Positions 1 to 10,519 of a stretch of DNA of 64,000 nucleotides are shown here, piece by piece. The DNA lies in the NCBI GenBank assembly GCA_040776945.1, contig JAXGZN010000002.1:352001-416000 (forward strand), given 5' to 3'. A program made the position numbers and the translations under genes. The notes under the pieces were generated by a model, which saw only the letters and a list, made by a program, of their open reading frames with translations, was not told the origin of the DNA and searched no databases. The stretch comes from Methanomassiliicoccaceae archaeon. GTDB lineage: Archaea > Thermoplasmatota > Thermoplasmata > Methanomassiliicoccales > Methanomassiliicoccaceae. The stretch's first letter is position 1; the number at the start of each line of letters is the position of its first letter.

Positions 1-277
1 GGGGGGATGCAGCTGGTTCGTCGCCCACTATGTGCTCGATCGCCGGGGGATCCAGTTCGGTCCTCCGTCCCAGACCAGGATATACGGCGACCGTTACGGG
101 GAGGTGGAGAGGGCCTTCCTGTGCGCGCTGGAGAGGGCGCGCACGTACACCGTGGAAGGCCACATGATGAAGATGTTCTCGGAGGACCAGCGCACCAAGA
201 TGGCCTTCCTGGACCATCCGTTCGTTAAGAAGCGCGTGTTCCCCAACGGCAGAAGGGTCCTTCCCCGCATGAGCTGA
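1..277 (+). CDS. META/HslJ-domain protein, C-terminal part (5' truncated by window edge)
   Basis: Frame from nt 2 reads GGCSWFVAHY...IQFGP...T...E.AFL.ALE.A..Y.V.G..M.MF, matching the META-domain pattern GCNxFxGxY...FGP...E..FL.AL. Confidence 0.6.
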   Translation, partial: GGCSWFVAHYVLDRRGIQFGPPSQTRIYGDRYGEVERAFLCALERARTYTVEGHMMKMFSEDQRTKMAFLDHPFVKKRVFPNGRRVLPRMS

Positions 278-344
278 TCGGTCGACGGACCGGGAGGCCC
301 GTCCCGCTGGCGCCACGTCCTTTTTCGTTCCCGGCCGCCGTGGC

Positions 345-548
345 CTACCTGGCCCTGGTCATTGACCTCGAGTACCTGGCGTCGGCGCAGGTCTTGGACC
401 CTCTCACCACTCCTGCCGCGGTGCACTCTTTCCTCAGATCGCAGAAGGAGCATCTCTCCCACATCCTGGGCCGTCCTCTCCATACTACGGCTGGCCTGCG
501 GTCCTCCGGCAGCTCATCCCTTGCCTTCATATCATTGTTCAGTTCCAT
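345..548 (-). CDS. small Cys-rich hypothetical protein (67 aa)
   Basis: ATG preceded by a purine-rich GGGATGGGATG; CSFC...C...C pattern; ends in TAG. Confidence 0.35.
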   Translation of the reverse strand: MELNNDMKARDELPEDRRPAVVWRGRPRMWERCSFCDLRKECTAAGVVRGSKTCADARYSRSMTRAR

Positions 549-778
549 AGCATCCCATCCCTTGCTTGCAATGTCCGCTCTGCCACATCTACTCTTCCCT
601 CAGGGTCTCACCGCTCAGGAACAAGTGCGGCCGAGCACGGCGAACATCACGAGGACCGACCATGGGGGCGAAACACCTCCTCCGATCCCCCTGCCAGTGC
701 AGCCTTGCCCGCCCTCCCATGGATATAGAGAACGCGGGCCGGAGAGGTCGCCGACACCCCCTCCTCCGTCAACCGGCC

Positions 779-1354
779 TCACGACGAGGAGATGTCGAAC
801 CCCACCATGCGCGTCCAGGTCCTTGGTGCGTTGAACCCCAGCATCTCCCTGACCGCTCCGTCGGTAAGGGTGGTCATGCTGCCGGACGTCGCGTTCCTGA
901 CCTCCTCGATATCGTCAAGATCGTGGATCGGCATCTCGTCCAGGAGGAAGAAAGGCTCGCCCTGGGGGACGCGGTCAGCATACATCACGAAGTCCTCGGA
1001 CATGAAGAAGGCGTCCGGGTTCTCCTTCCTTACCTGCTCCCTCCGTTCCGGGCCGAGATATTCGCCGAGTATCTGCCCGCTGGGGTCGGTCATGTATACG
1101 ATCCCCCGGAGGTCATTGTCAAGGACCAGCCGGTCCTTGCAGACGAGCACCATGCAGACATCGCGCCCGAGGACCGCCTGAACTCCCCGATTGACGTACT
1201 TCATCAGGCCTCCGGCGGCCCCGTTCCTCTCCGCGACTGCCTCGAAATGCCTGATCTGGGCCTTAAGCTCGCTGTCCAGGATGCGCACGGCAAGCACGCC
1301 GGGAACGGACCTCATCCTCTCCTCGACGGCCGCGACCACCGAACCATGGTCCAT
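779..1354 (-). CDS. hypothetical protein (191 aa)
   Basis: Protein-like composition from MDHGSVVAAVEER onward; the longer N-terminus in the ORF track looks non-coding. Confidence 0.7.
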   Translation of the reverse strand: MDHGSVVAAVEERMRSVPGVLAVRILDSELKAQIRHFEAVAERNGAAGGLMKYVNRGVQAVLGRDVCMVLVCKDRLVLDNDLRGIVYMTDPSGQILGEYLGPERREQVRKENPDAFFMSEDFVMYADRVPQGEPFFLLDEMPIHDLDDIEEVRNATSGSMTTLTDGAVREMLGFNAPRTWTRMVGFDISSS

Positions 1355-1719
1355 GGCGAGTGCGAAGGGGCTGCAGCAAAATAAGGGTTCACCGCTCCAG
1401 CCCCGCCGAACCCTCATGCCCAAGGCCGGGACGCGCCCCGCCCTGCATGGGCATGGGGCCGCAAGGTCGTCACGGACGTCCAGAAGGGCGACGGCATAAT
1501 GCGCCATCTGGGGGCCGGGGCGTCCCGTCGGCAGGAAGCGCCGAAGGCTGGGAAAGAGAGGCCCGCGGTCCAGAAAACATATATGATGCGGACCTTGGCG
1601 GTCGGACGTTAGGTGGGGTTGATTCCCGACCTCATCGCGGACCGGGCGCGGAGGGATGTCCATCAATGCGGAAGCGGACGGGGCTCCGACTGAAATACAT
1701 CGAAGACCATAACGCGCAC

Positions 1720-2052
1720 ATGTCCGCAAAGAAGTTCCGCTCGGCCTTCGTGGCAATGGCCCCAGATGTCGACCCCACTGTGCACAGGAGCGTCATCGAG
1801 ACCCCGATCTACTCGCTGACCTCGGTGCTGGTGAGGAACGAGGACGAGGCAGTGACGGTCTGCCGGGAGATGGCGAGAACGGACGGCGTTCATTCGTTCG
1901 TCCTGTGCCCCGGGTTCACCAACAGGGGAGTGGGACGCGTGGCCGAAGCGGTCGGCGACGGCGTCTCCGTCAACGTGGCCAGGGGGGACGGGCCCGGGAG
2001 CGCCGTGGTCCATAAGGTCATGAGCGAGGCCGGGTTCTTCGCTCGCCGGTGA
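1720..2052 (+). CDS. DUF6506-like protein
   Basis: MSAKKFRSAFVAMAPDVDP...GVHSFVLCPGF...VSVNVARGD pattern. Confidence 0.65.
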   Translation: MSAKKFRSAFVAMAPDVDPTVHRSVIETPIYSLTSVLVRNEDEAVTVCREMARTDGVHSFVLCPGFTNRGVGRVAEAVGDGVSVNVARGDGPGSAVVHKVMSEAGFFARR

Positions 2053-2159
2053 GGCCGTCCGGGCAGGCCGCCGACGCATCCTTCGCCGGGTCCGGGGAAC
2101 TCCCGCCCAACCATTAAGCCCTCTCGGATGCGTTGTAAGCACGCCGGGACGGTGAAAGG

Positions 2160-2801
2160 ATGGTCCCCACCCTGGAGGACGAGGTAAAGAAGCTGATAGG
2201 GCTCGCGAGGAGCGAAGGAGCAGAGGCCCGGGCCATCGACGCCGCCAGCGTCATAGTCTCCGATTGGGTCAGGTTCAAGTGCAGCTGGGGGTGCAAGGGC
2301 TACGGGAAGCATCTGGGCTGCCCGCCCTATGCTCCGACCCCGGAGGAGACCCGGCGGGTCCTGAGGGAGTACGACGCTGCCCTTCTGCTCCGCTTCGAGG
2401 GGGTCCCGGACCTCAAGACCATCGATCCGGACAGCATCCCCGAGGACTTCCACCCGATGTACCGGAAGCTCATCCTGTGGATCAGCGATACGGTCCACAA
2501 GGTGGAAAAGACCGCGTTCTACGACGGATTCTACAAGGCCTTCGGCATGGGAGCGTACCCGTGCATCTACTGCGACCATTGCGTGGCCGAGGAGAGCGTC
2601 GGCCCGGTGGACAGGAGCATGAAGCGGCTGTGCCGGCATATGGACAAGGTGAGGCCGAGCATGGAGGCCGCCGGCATCGACGTGTTCAGCACGGCGAGGA
2701 ACGCCGGGTGGGAGCTTAGCACGATACCATGCAAGGACCTCGAGTACGGCAAGATCGTGCACGCCAATATTGTGTCCTTCGGCCTGGTGCTGATCGAGTG
2801 A
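2160..2801 (+). CDS. DUF2284 family Cys-rich metal-binding protein
   Basis: VRFKCSWGC..YG....CPP, CIYCDHC, CRH....RPSMEAAGIDVF motifs. Confidence 0.85.
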   Translation: MVPTLEDEVKKLIGLARSEGAEARAIDAASVIVSDWVRFKCSWGCKGYGKHLGCPPYAPTPEETRRVLREYDAALLLRFEGVPDLKTIDPDSIPEDFHPMYRKLILWISDTVHKVEKTAFYDGFYKAFGMGAYPCIYCDHCVAEESVGPVDRSMKRLCRHMDKVRPSMEAAGIDVFSTARNAGWELSTIPCKDLEYGKIVHANIVSFGLVLIE

Positions 2802-2865
2802 GCGGCAGGCCGCCGCCCCCCGGCAATCATTTTGTCCTCATACGGGGTTCCCCCGACGATATGCG

Positions 2866-3786
2866 ATGAACGGCAAGGAAGAGCTGCAGAAGGTGTGCCG
2901 GACGACCAGAGTGGAGCCGGGCAAGAAGGTGGACATGAAGGACCATCCTTCCTCCTGGAAGGACGCCGGCCGATACTCGGTCAACGGCCTGCGGCTGTGC
3001 AAGGACAACTCCAGCGAACTGCTGGCGAGAAGCCGGGAGCGTCTTGCCAAGATGCAGGAGGTCCTATGGGCCGATGACCGCTTCTCGGTGCTCATCATCC
3101 TGCAGGGCATGGACGCGTCAGGCAAGGACGGGATCATCTCGCACGTCATGTCGGGTGTGAACCCCCAGGGCTGCCAGGTCACGTCCTTCAAGGCCCCGAC
3201 CGCCGAGGAGGCCGGCCATGACTTCCTGTGGCGGTGTGCCAAGGCCCTGCCCATCAAGGGAAAGATAGGCATCTTCAACCGCTCCTATTATGAGGAGGTC
3301 CTGATCACCAGGGTCCACCCTCGGTTCCTTGATGCCCAGAGGCTCCCGGCGAAGGAGTTCGACGAGGATTTCTGGAAAGAGAGGTACGAGGCCATCAACT
3401 GCTGGGAAAGGCACCTCGAGCGCAGCGGGACCAGGATCATCAAGTTCTTCCTGAACGTCTCCAGGGAGGAGCAGAGGGACCGCCTGATGGCCAGGATGGA
3501 CCAGCCTGAGAAGCGGTGGAAGTTCAGCCCGGGGGACGTGGAGGAGCGGCAGCTCTGGCCCAAGTACATGGAGGCGTACAGGAACATGCTCGAGGCCACC
3601 AGCACCAAGCATGCCCCTTGGCACGTGCTGCCTGCGGACCAGAAATGGCTCTCCCGGGTGCTCGCGGCCTTCGTAATAACGTCGAACATCGAGCAGCTGG
3701 GGCTGAGGTATCCCGCTCTCTCGGAGGAGAACGAGAGGGCGATGGCCGCGGCGAGGGAGTTGCTGGCCAAGGAAAAGGGCGGCTGA
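2866..3786 (+). CDS. ppk2: polyphosphate kinase 2 family (polyP:nucleotide phosphotransferase)
   Basis: QGMDASGKDG Walker A, GVNPQGC, FKAPT, HDFLWR, FNRSYYEEV, APWHVLPAD.KW. Confidence 0.93.
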   Translation: MNGKEELQKVCRTTRVEPGKKVDMKDHPSSWKDAGRYSVNGLRLCKDNSSELLARSRERLAKMQEVLWADDRFSVLIILQGMDASGKDGIISHVMSGVNPQGCQVTSFKAPTAEEAGHDFLWRCAKALPIKGKIGIFNRSYYEEVLITRVHPRFLDAQRLPAKEFDEDFWKERYEAINCWERHLERSGTRIIKFFLNVSREEQRDRLMARMDQPEKRWKFSPGDVEERQLWPKYMEAYRNMLEATSTKHAPWHVLPADQKWLSRVLAAFVITSNIEQLGLRYPALSEENERAMAAARELLAKEKGG

Positions 3787-3905
3787 GGCTCAAGCTCCTC
3801 TCTAGAGCGGAACGGAACCATAGGAGGGAGCTTCCCCTCTTCAAGGATGCCGACCGCCCACGCCTAACCTATAATTATCGTTCTAGACAATCTCCGGTCG
3901 AGACC

Positions 3906-5366
3906 ATGGGGACCAAGAAGCTGACGGTGCTGCACGCAAATGACCTGCATGGGGATTTCTTCGAAGAGACCGGCCTCTCGGGGAAGCGCATCGGCGGGCT
4001 GGCCTTGCTCTCTGCTTACATCAGCAAAGTGAGGCAGGAGGAGGAGAACGTGCTGTTCGTCATCGCCGGGGACATCATGCAGGGAAACATCATCGACGCA
4101 GAGTACCGCGGCATCTCCACCATGGCCATCATCAATTACCTCTCTCCTGACGTCATCTGCCTCGGGAACCACGAGTTCGACTACGGCCTCTCGCACCTGC
4201 TTTTCCTCGAGAAGGTGGCGAACTTCCCCATCGTGAACGCGAACCTATACATCAAGCCGTTCAGCAAGCGGCTGATGAGGCCGTTCGTGACGCTCGAGAA
4301 GGCCGGGTTGGACATCCTGATCACCGGCATAATCACCGAGAAGGTCATGGACTCCATAAGGACGGACGCGCTGATCAGCAGCTTCGTCTCCCTGGAGGAG
4401 GCGAGCAACGAGGTGGGCAGGATCTGCAACGCCTACAAGGGAGAGGACATCGAGCTCACCATCCTGCTGACCCACATCGGCATCGATTCAGACCTAGAGC
4501 TGGCCCGGCTCCTCAGGCCGGAGTGGGGGGTGGACCTGATAATCGGCGGGCACTCCCACACCTACCTCGAGCGGCCCCTGTTGGAGAACGGAGTGATCAT
4601 AGTCACCGCCGGAGAGGGCACCAACCAGATCGGCCGGCTCGACCTTGTGGTGGACGAGGACACGAACTCCGTGGCGGACTACCAGTGGCAGCTGGTGCCC
4701 ATCGACGACACCCATCTCCGGCCGGACGAGGGGCTGAAAAGGTACATCGAGTCGTTCCAGCAGAAGGTGGACGACAAGTACAACACCATGATCACCCGCC
4801 TGACCAAGAAGCACACCCATCCCCGGAGGGAGATCGAGACCTCCCTGGGGAACCTGTTCGCCGACGCGCTGGAGGAGATGACCGAGAGCGACATCATGCT
4901 CGTCGGGAGCGGCTCCATACGTTCCAAGGAGCTAGGCCCCGCGGTCACCCTCAAGGACATCGCCACCTGCTTCCCGTACAACGACCCACTGTACAAATCC
5001 ATAGTGTCAGGGGCGCAGCTGAGGTCGATGTTCGGGCACATCATGCGCCGGGAGAACCGAAACGGGGAGGGGGAGTGCTACCAGGTGAACGGCCGCGTAA
5101 GGGCGATCTACGATGATGCGGAGGAAGAGCTTATCTCCCTGACCTTCGACAACCGCGAGGTCACCGACGACCAGCGGTTCAGCGTCTGCCTCCAGGGGCA
5201 CCACCACAAGAACGCCCAGGCCTACCTGGGCGTGTCGCCGGAGGAGCTGGGGGCGGTGCGCTCGAAGATGGTCGCCACCGGCTCCACCGAGGTGCTCGAG
5301 GAGTGGCTGCGCAATCACCAGAACTGCGGCCGCTCGGTCGAGGGCCGCCTGGTGTACATGGGCTGA
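3906..5366 (+). CDS. bifunctional metallophosphoesterase/5'-nucleotidase
   Basis: LHANDLHG, AGD, LGNHEFDYG, LTHIG, GGHSH motifs plus a C-terminal 5'-nucleotidase domain; start placed at MGTKKL. Confidence 0.9.
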   Translation: MGTKKLTVLHANDLHGDFFEETGLSGKRIGGLALLSAYISKVRQEEENVLFVIAGDIMQGNIIDAEYRGISTMAIINYLSPDVICLGNHEFDYGLSHLLFLEKVANFPIVNANLYIKPFSKRLMRPFVTLEKAGLDILITGIITEKVMDSIRTDALISSFVSLEEASNEVGRICNAYKGEDIELTILLTHIGIDSDLELARLLRPEWGVDLIIGGHSHTYLERPLLENGVIIVTAGEGTNQIGRLDLVVDEDTNSVADYQWQLVPIDDTHLRPDEGLKRYIESFQQKVDDKYNTMITRLTKKHTHPRREIETSLGNLFADALEEMTESDIMLVGSGSIRSKELGPAVTLKDIATCFPYNDPLYKSIVSGAQLRSMFGHIMRRENRNGEGECYQVNGRVRAIYDDAEEELISLTFDNREVTDDQRFSVCLQGHHHKNAQAYLGVSPEELGAVRSKMVATGSTEVLEEWLRNHQNCGRSVEGRLVYMG

Positions 5367-5376
5367 GGCGGGGCGC

Positions 5377-5643
5377 TCAGCGGCCCTTGTACGCCCTCAG
5401 CAAGGCCTCGCTGTACTCCGCGGACCGCTTGGTCGGGACGTAGTTGTATTTCCTGGCCGCCCGGAGCAGCGCTTCCGCGATGGACCTCTCGTCCCCCAGG
5501 CCGAGGGCGCGGACCTCGCCGAGTATATCGTCGAGCTTGTTGATCCCTATCTCCGTTCCGCCGATCTCGATCTTCTTTGTGGTCACCTTGCCGGGGGATA
5601 TGCCCCCGCATACGCCGCAATAATCGCCGTCCTTGTCGCTCAT
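5377..5643 (-). CDS. small CxxC-containing archaeal protein
   Basis: YCGVCGG, IGINKLDDIL, YNYVP...EY.EALL..Y. Confidence 0.7.
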   Translation of the reverse strand: MSDKDGDYCGVCGGISPGKVTTKKIEIGGTEIGINKLDDILGEVRALGLGDERSIAEALLRAARKYNYVPTKRSAEYSEALLRAYKGR

Positions 5644-5644
5644 G

Positions 5645-6004
5645 TCACTGCCTTATCATGGTCAAGGTCATCTTGAACCTGGTGACCGCGCTGAGCGCGT
5701 GGGGCACGTTGGCCGGGAGGATGATGCTCTCCCCCTCCTTCACGCTGAAGGTCTCGCCTCCGATCCATATCTCCGACTCGCCGTCCAGTATGGTCACCAG
5801 TGCATCGTACGGAGCGGTGTGCTCCGACAGTCCCTCTCCCTCGTCGAACGAGAATATGGTAATGGTCCCGGCCTTCTTGTTGACCAGCATGCGGCTCGCC
5901 ACCGTGCCGGCCTGGTAGGCCACCAGGTCCTTGAGCTTAAGCACCTTGGCGTACAGTTCGTTCTTCTCCTTCGCCTCTATCTTGATCGGCTCATTGTCAG
6001 CCAT
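5645..6004 (-). CDS. cupin domain protein
   Basis: FSFDEGEGLSEHTAPYDA.V.ILDGE...LPANVPHAL. Confidence 0.9.
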   Translation of the reverse strand: MADNEPIKIEAKEKNELYAKVLKLKDLVAYQAGTVASRMLVNKKAGTITIFSFDEGEGLSEHTAPYDALVTILDGESEIWIGGETFSVKEGESIILPANVPHALSAVTRFKMTLTMIRQ

Positions 6005-6017
6005 GTCATTTCCCCTT

Positions 6018-6380
6018 TCATTTGTCAAAGATGACCGTAACATCCCTCTTCAATGCGAGCTGGGCCGCCGCCTCCATGCCCTTGAGGACCGCCATGGGCA
6101 TGGGGCAGGTGGAATGCTTCAGGGTCCTCCCGCCGGCCTGGTATACCTTGTTCTCGGAGAACGGCATGGTCATGATGTCCATCATCCCGATCGGTTCCAG
6201 CGCCGCTCCGAACTCCTGCACGTGCTTGCACTTGCTGGTTATGGAGCACCTCACGTTCAGGCCCTCGACCCAGCACTCCACGGTCGCCGGGAAGCGGCAC
6301 ACCCCGGTGTCCACGGTCAGCCTGACCCTCTCGGAGCCCATGAACGCGCCGAGGCCTTCCTCCTCATCCTTTGAACCCAT
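6018..6380 (-). CDS. DUF6951-like Cys/His-containing protein
   Basis: VDTGVC.F, ITSKCKHV, HSTCPMP.AVLK..EA...LAL.RDV. Confidence 0.7.
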   Translation of the reverse strand: MGSKDEEEGLGAFMGSERVRLTVDTGVCRFPATVECWVEGLNVRCSITSKCKHVQEFGAALEPIGMMDIMTMPFSENKVYQAGGRTLKHSTCPMPMAVLKGMEAAAQLALKRDVTVIFDK

Positions 6381-6529
6381 ATGATCCTCCTGCCAGGCCC
6401 CTTTCGCCCGATATGCTCCGCGGCCGTTCCATTCAACAAGCGTGGAATCTCCCTTGCCGGTTATAGATGCTTCCCCGAACCGAAGGGTTCCGTCCTCCCT
6501 TGCCGCATGGGCGGGCCGGCGGGAGGTCC

Positions 6530-8593
6530 TTAGTACAAGCGGCGGGACCTCATCAGGACGATCAGCACGGCGGCAAGCACTCCGAAGATGGCCGCGCCGC
6601 CGACGATGATCATATCCTGGCCGATCCCCGCTCCCTCGGAGGACGCCTTGGCCTTGACGGTGAGGATGGCGCTCCGCTCCGCGGTGAGGCCGTCGGCCAT
6701 GACCGCCAGCACCGCTATCTTGTGGCTCCCCTCGGTGAGGCCCGTGATGTCGTATCCGGCGGCATCGCTTCCCAACGTTGCGACGACATGATCGTCCACC
6801 AGCACCTCGATGCGGTCAACCTCGGCCCCGGAAGCGCTGAAGACCCAGGTCAGCCGAACGGCATCGCCGACCGAGTACGAAGGGCTCAGGGGGCCCAACA
6901 TCAAGGACACGCTTCCGAGGGGGCCGTCCGGCCAGCCCCCGGATGCCGCGGTGAATGAGGTCATGTTCTGACCCCAGCGGCCGTCGGCGTCCATGGCCCA
7001 GATGGTCACGCGGTGCTCCCCGGCGCTCAGTCCGATGAAGGTGACGGACCTGAGGGCCGGATCGACCGTCCTGTTCTCCTCCCCGTCCAGGGAGGCGCGG
7101 AGTTCGGCGATGCCCGACATCGAGGTCACTTGGAACGGGACAGTGGCGGTGGTGGACGGGTACGCTCTCCCCGGTTCGGAGAAGGTGATCACCGGGTCCA
7201 TGGTCTCGATCGCTATGACCTCGGTCCTCTCGCTCTCGATGTTGCCGGCCCGGTCGGTGGAGTAGTACCGAACCAGGTGAGCACCGCCATTGGAGATGGT
7301 GACCTCCCCGGCATAGCGGGTCCAGGCGCTGGAATCGACCCGATAGTACGTCGAATCGACGCCCGATCCCTCGTCCACCGGGGTCAGCGAGAACGTGGCG
7401 GGGCCAGCGTAGGTGCTCTCGCCAACGCTGTCGCCGCTCACCGAGATGTCGGTTGCCGGAGCGGCGGTGTCCACCACGGTATAGGCTTCAGGCTCGGACC
7501 TCATGGCCTCGTTCTCCCCGTTCACGTCGAATCCCTGGGTGAAGAACTCGTACCTTCCGTCGGCCGGTGCGGTGAACGATATCGGGCTCGAGTAATGGTT
7601 CCCGCCGTACATGGTCCATCCGCCGCTGCTCCCCTGCCGGTAGTAAAGGTTGACATGGTCGAACGGCACGGAGGGCTGGTTCACGGTGAAGCCGATCTTG
7701 AACGTACGGGAGCCCTGCGCTGAGGCCAGGTTGTCCACGCTTGTGCTCACCGGAACGTTGCCGGGTGCGTCCGACCCGGTGACGATTATGTCATCAAGGT
7801 AGACGCCCTCCCTCATGCCGCCGTTGATGATGCGGACTCCTTGGGCGGCGAAGGCGTCGTCGGCGTCGCCGCCCTCCGGAGCAATGGTCCCGGACACGAA
7901 CTCGAAGCCGATGGCATCGATATCGTTGGGCACACCGATGCTCACATGGATCCATGTCCTAGCCGAGGCCTGGAACTCGCTGTCCGTCCACAGGACCCTT
8001 TTGGTCGCGGGGTCATTGCGGTCGGTCCAATAGAGCACGTTCAGGAAGTCGTACCCCACGCTCTCGCCGGTCAAGGGCTGCTTGGCGTCCGAGGCCCCGG
8101 TGTCGGACCAGAACCAGAAGCTGAGGGTCACGGTGCTGAAGGCGGACGCTCCGACCACCGCCTTCTTCATTATGGAGTCCTGGCCGGTATCGTACCTCGG
8201 CACCCACTGGGACTGGGGCGTGGTGCCCGGAAGGCCGGTGACATTGACGTTCCATGCCTGGGTGTATCCTATGTTGCCGTCGGCCTGGGTGACCGGGACA
8301 AGATAATGGCTGTTGTACCCGGTCCTGGACGCGTAGATGGCGTGGGCGCTATTGAGCAGATTGTGCGCGGAGCGGCACCAATAGTCCTCATTGACCATGC
8401 CGCCGGCGGCGTCCTTGTTCAGATCGAACCGTTGCCAGCTCGCGTCCCATTCAGCGTAGGTCGCTTGTTCCGCGTCCTCCCGGAGGAGGACCGCGGACGC
8501 CGGCGCTGCGGACGTGTTCACGGGCACGGACGTCAGGACAAGGAGCGAGAGCAGGACCAGTGTGCAGGCGGCGGTCAGCCTTTGACGGAGCAT
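6530..8593 (-). CDS. secreted, C-terminally membrane-anchored surface protein with Ig-like/OmpL47-like repeats (paralog A)
   Basis: Signal peptide; DTAAP, SGVDSTYYRVD, YYSTDRAGNIE repeats; C-terminal TM plus RSRR tail. Confidence 0.85.
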   Translation of the reverse strand: MLRQRLTAACTLVLLSLLVLTSVPVNTSAAPASAVLLREDAEQATYAEWDASWQRFDLNKDAAGGMVNEDYWCRSAHNLLNSAHAIYASRTGYNSHYLVPVTQADGNIGYTQAWNVNVTGLPGTTPQSQWVPRYDTGQDSIMKKAVVGASAFSTVTLSFWFWSDTGASDAKQPLTGESVGYDFLNVLYWTDRNDPATKRVLWTDSEFQASARTWIHVSIGVPNDIDAIGFEFVSGTIAPEGGDADDAFAAQGVRIINGGMREGVYLDDIIVTGSDAPGNVPVSTSVDNLASAQGSRTFKIGFTVNQPSVPFDHVNLYYRQGSSGGWTMYGGNHYSSPISFTAPADGRYEFFTQGFDVNGENEAMRSEPEAYTVVDTAAPATDISVSGDSVGESTYAGPATFSLTPVDEGSGVDSTYYRVDSSAWTRYAGEVTISNGGAHLVRYYSTDRAGNIESERTEVIAIETMDPVITFSEPGRAYPSTTATVPFQVTSMSGIAELRASLDGEENRTVDPALRSVTFIGLSAGEHRVTIWAMDADGRWGQNMTSFTAASGGWPDGPLGSVSLMLGPLSPSYSVGDAVRLTWVFSASGAEVDRIEVLVDDHVVATLGSDAAGYDITGLTEGSHKIAVLAVMADGLTAERSAILTVKAKASSEGAGIGQDMIIVGGAAIFGVLAAVLIVLMRSRRLY
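8043..8120. repeat. 78-nt exact repeat shared with 38243-38320
   Basis: aggaagtcgtacccc...ccagaaccagaag is identical at both positions and encodes FWFWSDTGASDAKQPLTGESVGYDF. Confidence 0.9.
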
Positions 8594-9116
8594 TATGGCC
8601 GGCGAGCGACCTTCTCGGACTTAGCGATTGCCATTGCCGTTATCTTCATTGAGAACAGTAAGCGCGTACCGACCGGTCTAGGCGCTCCGGCGGAGCACGG
8701 GGTCCTGCCAGGGTGATGGAAATGGCCGGTCGAACATCAGGGAGGTCATCAAAGCCAGGGACGCGGAATGGTTCGATCAAGGACAATGGGACGGAGTTTG
8801 CTCTGGCTGGTCAGGGAGGTCATTATCCATGCTGATGCTCACGTCAATCCCAATATCTATGTAGATAACAGATGTAGATCGCTGTCACGGTCCGCAGCCC
8901 GCCTTCGAAGGCGAGAGCCTAGCGGTCATCTCTTGTTCGACCGAACCGATCATGGGCTCGGGCGCCATTTCGCCTGGACCTCCCGCCCGGGCCCCCTTCC
9001 ATCAGCATCCTGTGGAGATCGAACGGCGCCGAGCTTCGCTTGTGAAAGCTCACAGCTACCTTGGGCCGCCATGTTCTCTGCTCTTCGACGCGGTCCTCGA
9101 CTCCTGTACTGTCCCC

Positions 9117-10499
9117 CTACGGCAGGTCCAGCCCCAGTAGCCTGAGGGTGTCGCACGCCGAGTCGTAGATCTTTAGGTGCTCCTTGGTCGGGAGCACGGT
9201 CTTCACGTTGTAGCACTCCTGGAACGTTCTTCCCTGGGGGGCGGTGAGATAGCGCCGCTCATAGCCGCGGACGATCTTGTGGACCATCCTGTTCACCTCG
9301 TCCACGCTCATGCCCGCCGCCAGGGTGGCGACCTCGCCGAGCATGCGCGCCTCCATTCCCGTGGTGTAGTCCTCCAGCACGCCCTTGGCGGACGCGCAGC
9401 CCGATAAAAGCTCTCGCCCGCTGGCGGTGTCCAGGAGCGCCTGGGCGGCGATCTCGTGCAGGCACATCTCGGTGCACGGGCCGGAGATGGTGTAGAACTG
9501 GTTAGCGATCAGCAGGTCCGTGTTCGCGTCGATCGCGGCGGCAGAGTGGCCGGCGACCTGCAGCGTCTCCCGTGAGGTGGTCATACCCCAGCGTATGTGT
9601 ATGGGGCCAGATAGGTGATAGCTGGCGTTGAGCAGGGTGAACGAGGCCAAGGTGGTCGCCACGTCGCAGATGGCCGTCTCCTCGATTCCGCCTATGTAGC
9701 CGCCGAGGATCGGCATCTGCTCAACCATGATAACGTTCCCGTTGTGGAGCCAGCCGGAGATCATCACCAGGCTCATGTTGTCGATCTTCAGCTCGTTGAG
9801 CTGAGACACCTCGTGGCTGTCGGTCGGCTTCATGCCGTCCTTGCCATCACAAGCGAGACGCCCCGCTGCGGACAGCGGTGTCTCAGGTCCCTATATGGCC
9901 ATGTATGGTCGTCCGGCCCGGTTGCACGCTTCCCGCACCGCCCTTATCTCGGCGAGCGTGGCCTTGATCTCGAACGGCGTGTTGGTGCTCGACGGGATCC
10001 CCCCGACCGTGGCCATGACTCCGTTGACAAGGGTGTCCACGACCGGCTCCTGGGCGTAGCTCTGCATCATTGGCACGAACACGTCCTCGGAGACCGTGGC
10101 CCCGGTCGGCCCGCCCTGGATGACCGGCTTCTTCGGAGCATTGGCCCGGCGGGGCTCCAGGACCACCTTCTCCCCGTACTCTCCCAGCTGTATGCGCTTG
10201 GGAGCCCCTCTGATTCCCGCCTTGACCTCGTCCTCTGTGACCCTTATGACGCGCTGGGTATCGACGTTGAGGATGCCGACCGATACCAGCATCTCCATTC
10301 CCGCCTGGAACAGCCTCTTCTTCAGGTCAGGGTCCACCGGGATGAACTTATCTCCAAAGTCCAGCTGGTACTTCTCTTTGAGTTCCGCCGCGGCGTCGGG
10401 CACGGTCTTGTTGTCCCATACGTTCTCGGTGGTCATGGGACCCCGCTCCGAGCGCAGGTAGGTCTCATAGACGGTCAATGCCTTCTCGATCGACGCCAA
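9117..10499 (-). CDS. mtmB: monomethylamine:corrinoid methyltransferase, Pyl-containing, divergent second copy
   Basis: TTG start after GGAGAG; in-frame TAG at 9891-9893 (codon 203) in RPYMAI-O-GPE; frame continues to give 460 aa; terminal stop is also TAG. Confidence 0.93.
9855..9884 (-). promoter_or_regulatory. PYLIS-like hairpin 6 nt downstream of the Pyl codon
   Basis: GAGAC-A-CCGCUG-UCCG-CAGCGG-GGC-GUCUC, identical to the copy in the other mtmB. Confidence 0.5.
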
Positions 10500-10519
10500 A
10501 GTTGCTCTCTCCAATGCTC

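Noticed and set aside
3516-3905. N-terminal extensions in the ORF track (nucleotidase, ramA, pylD, deacetylase-like protein)
   Set aside because: They overlap neighbouring genes or promoters; family homology starts at downstream codons.
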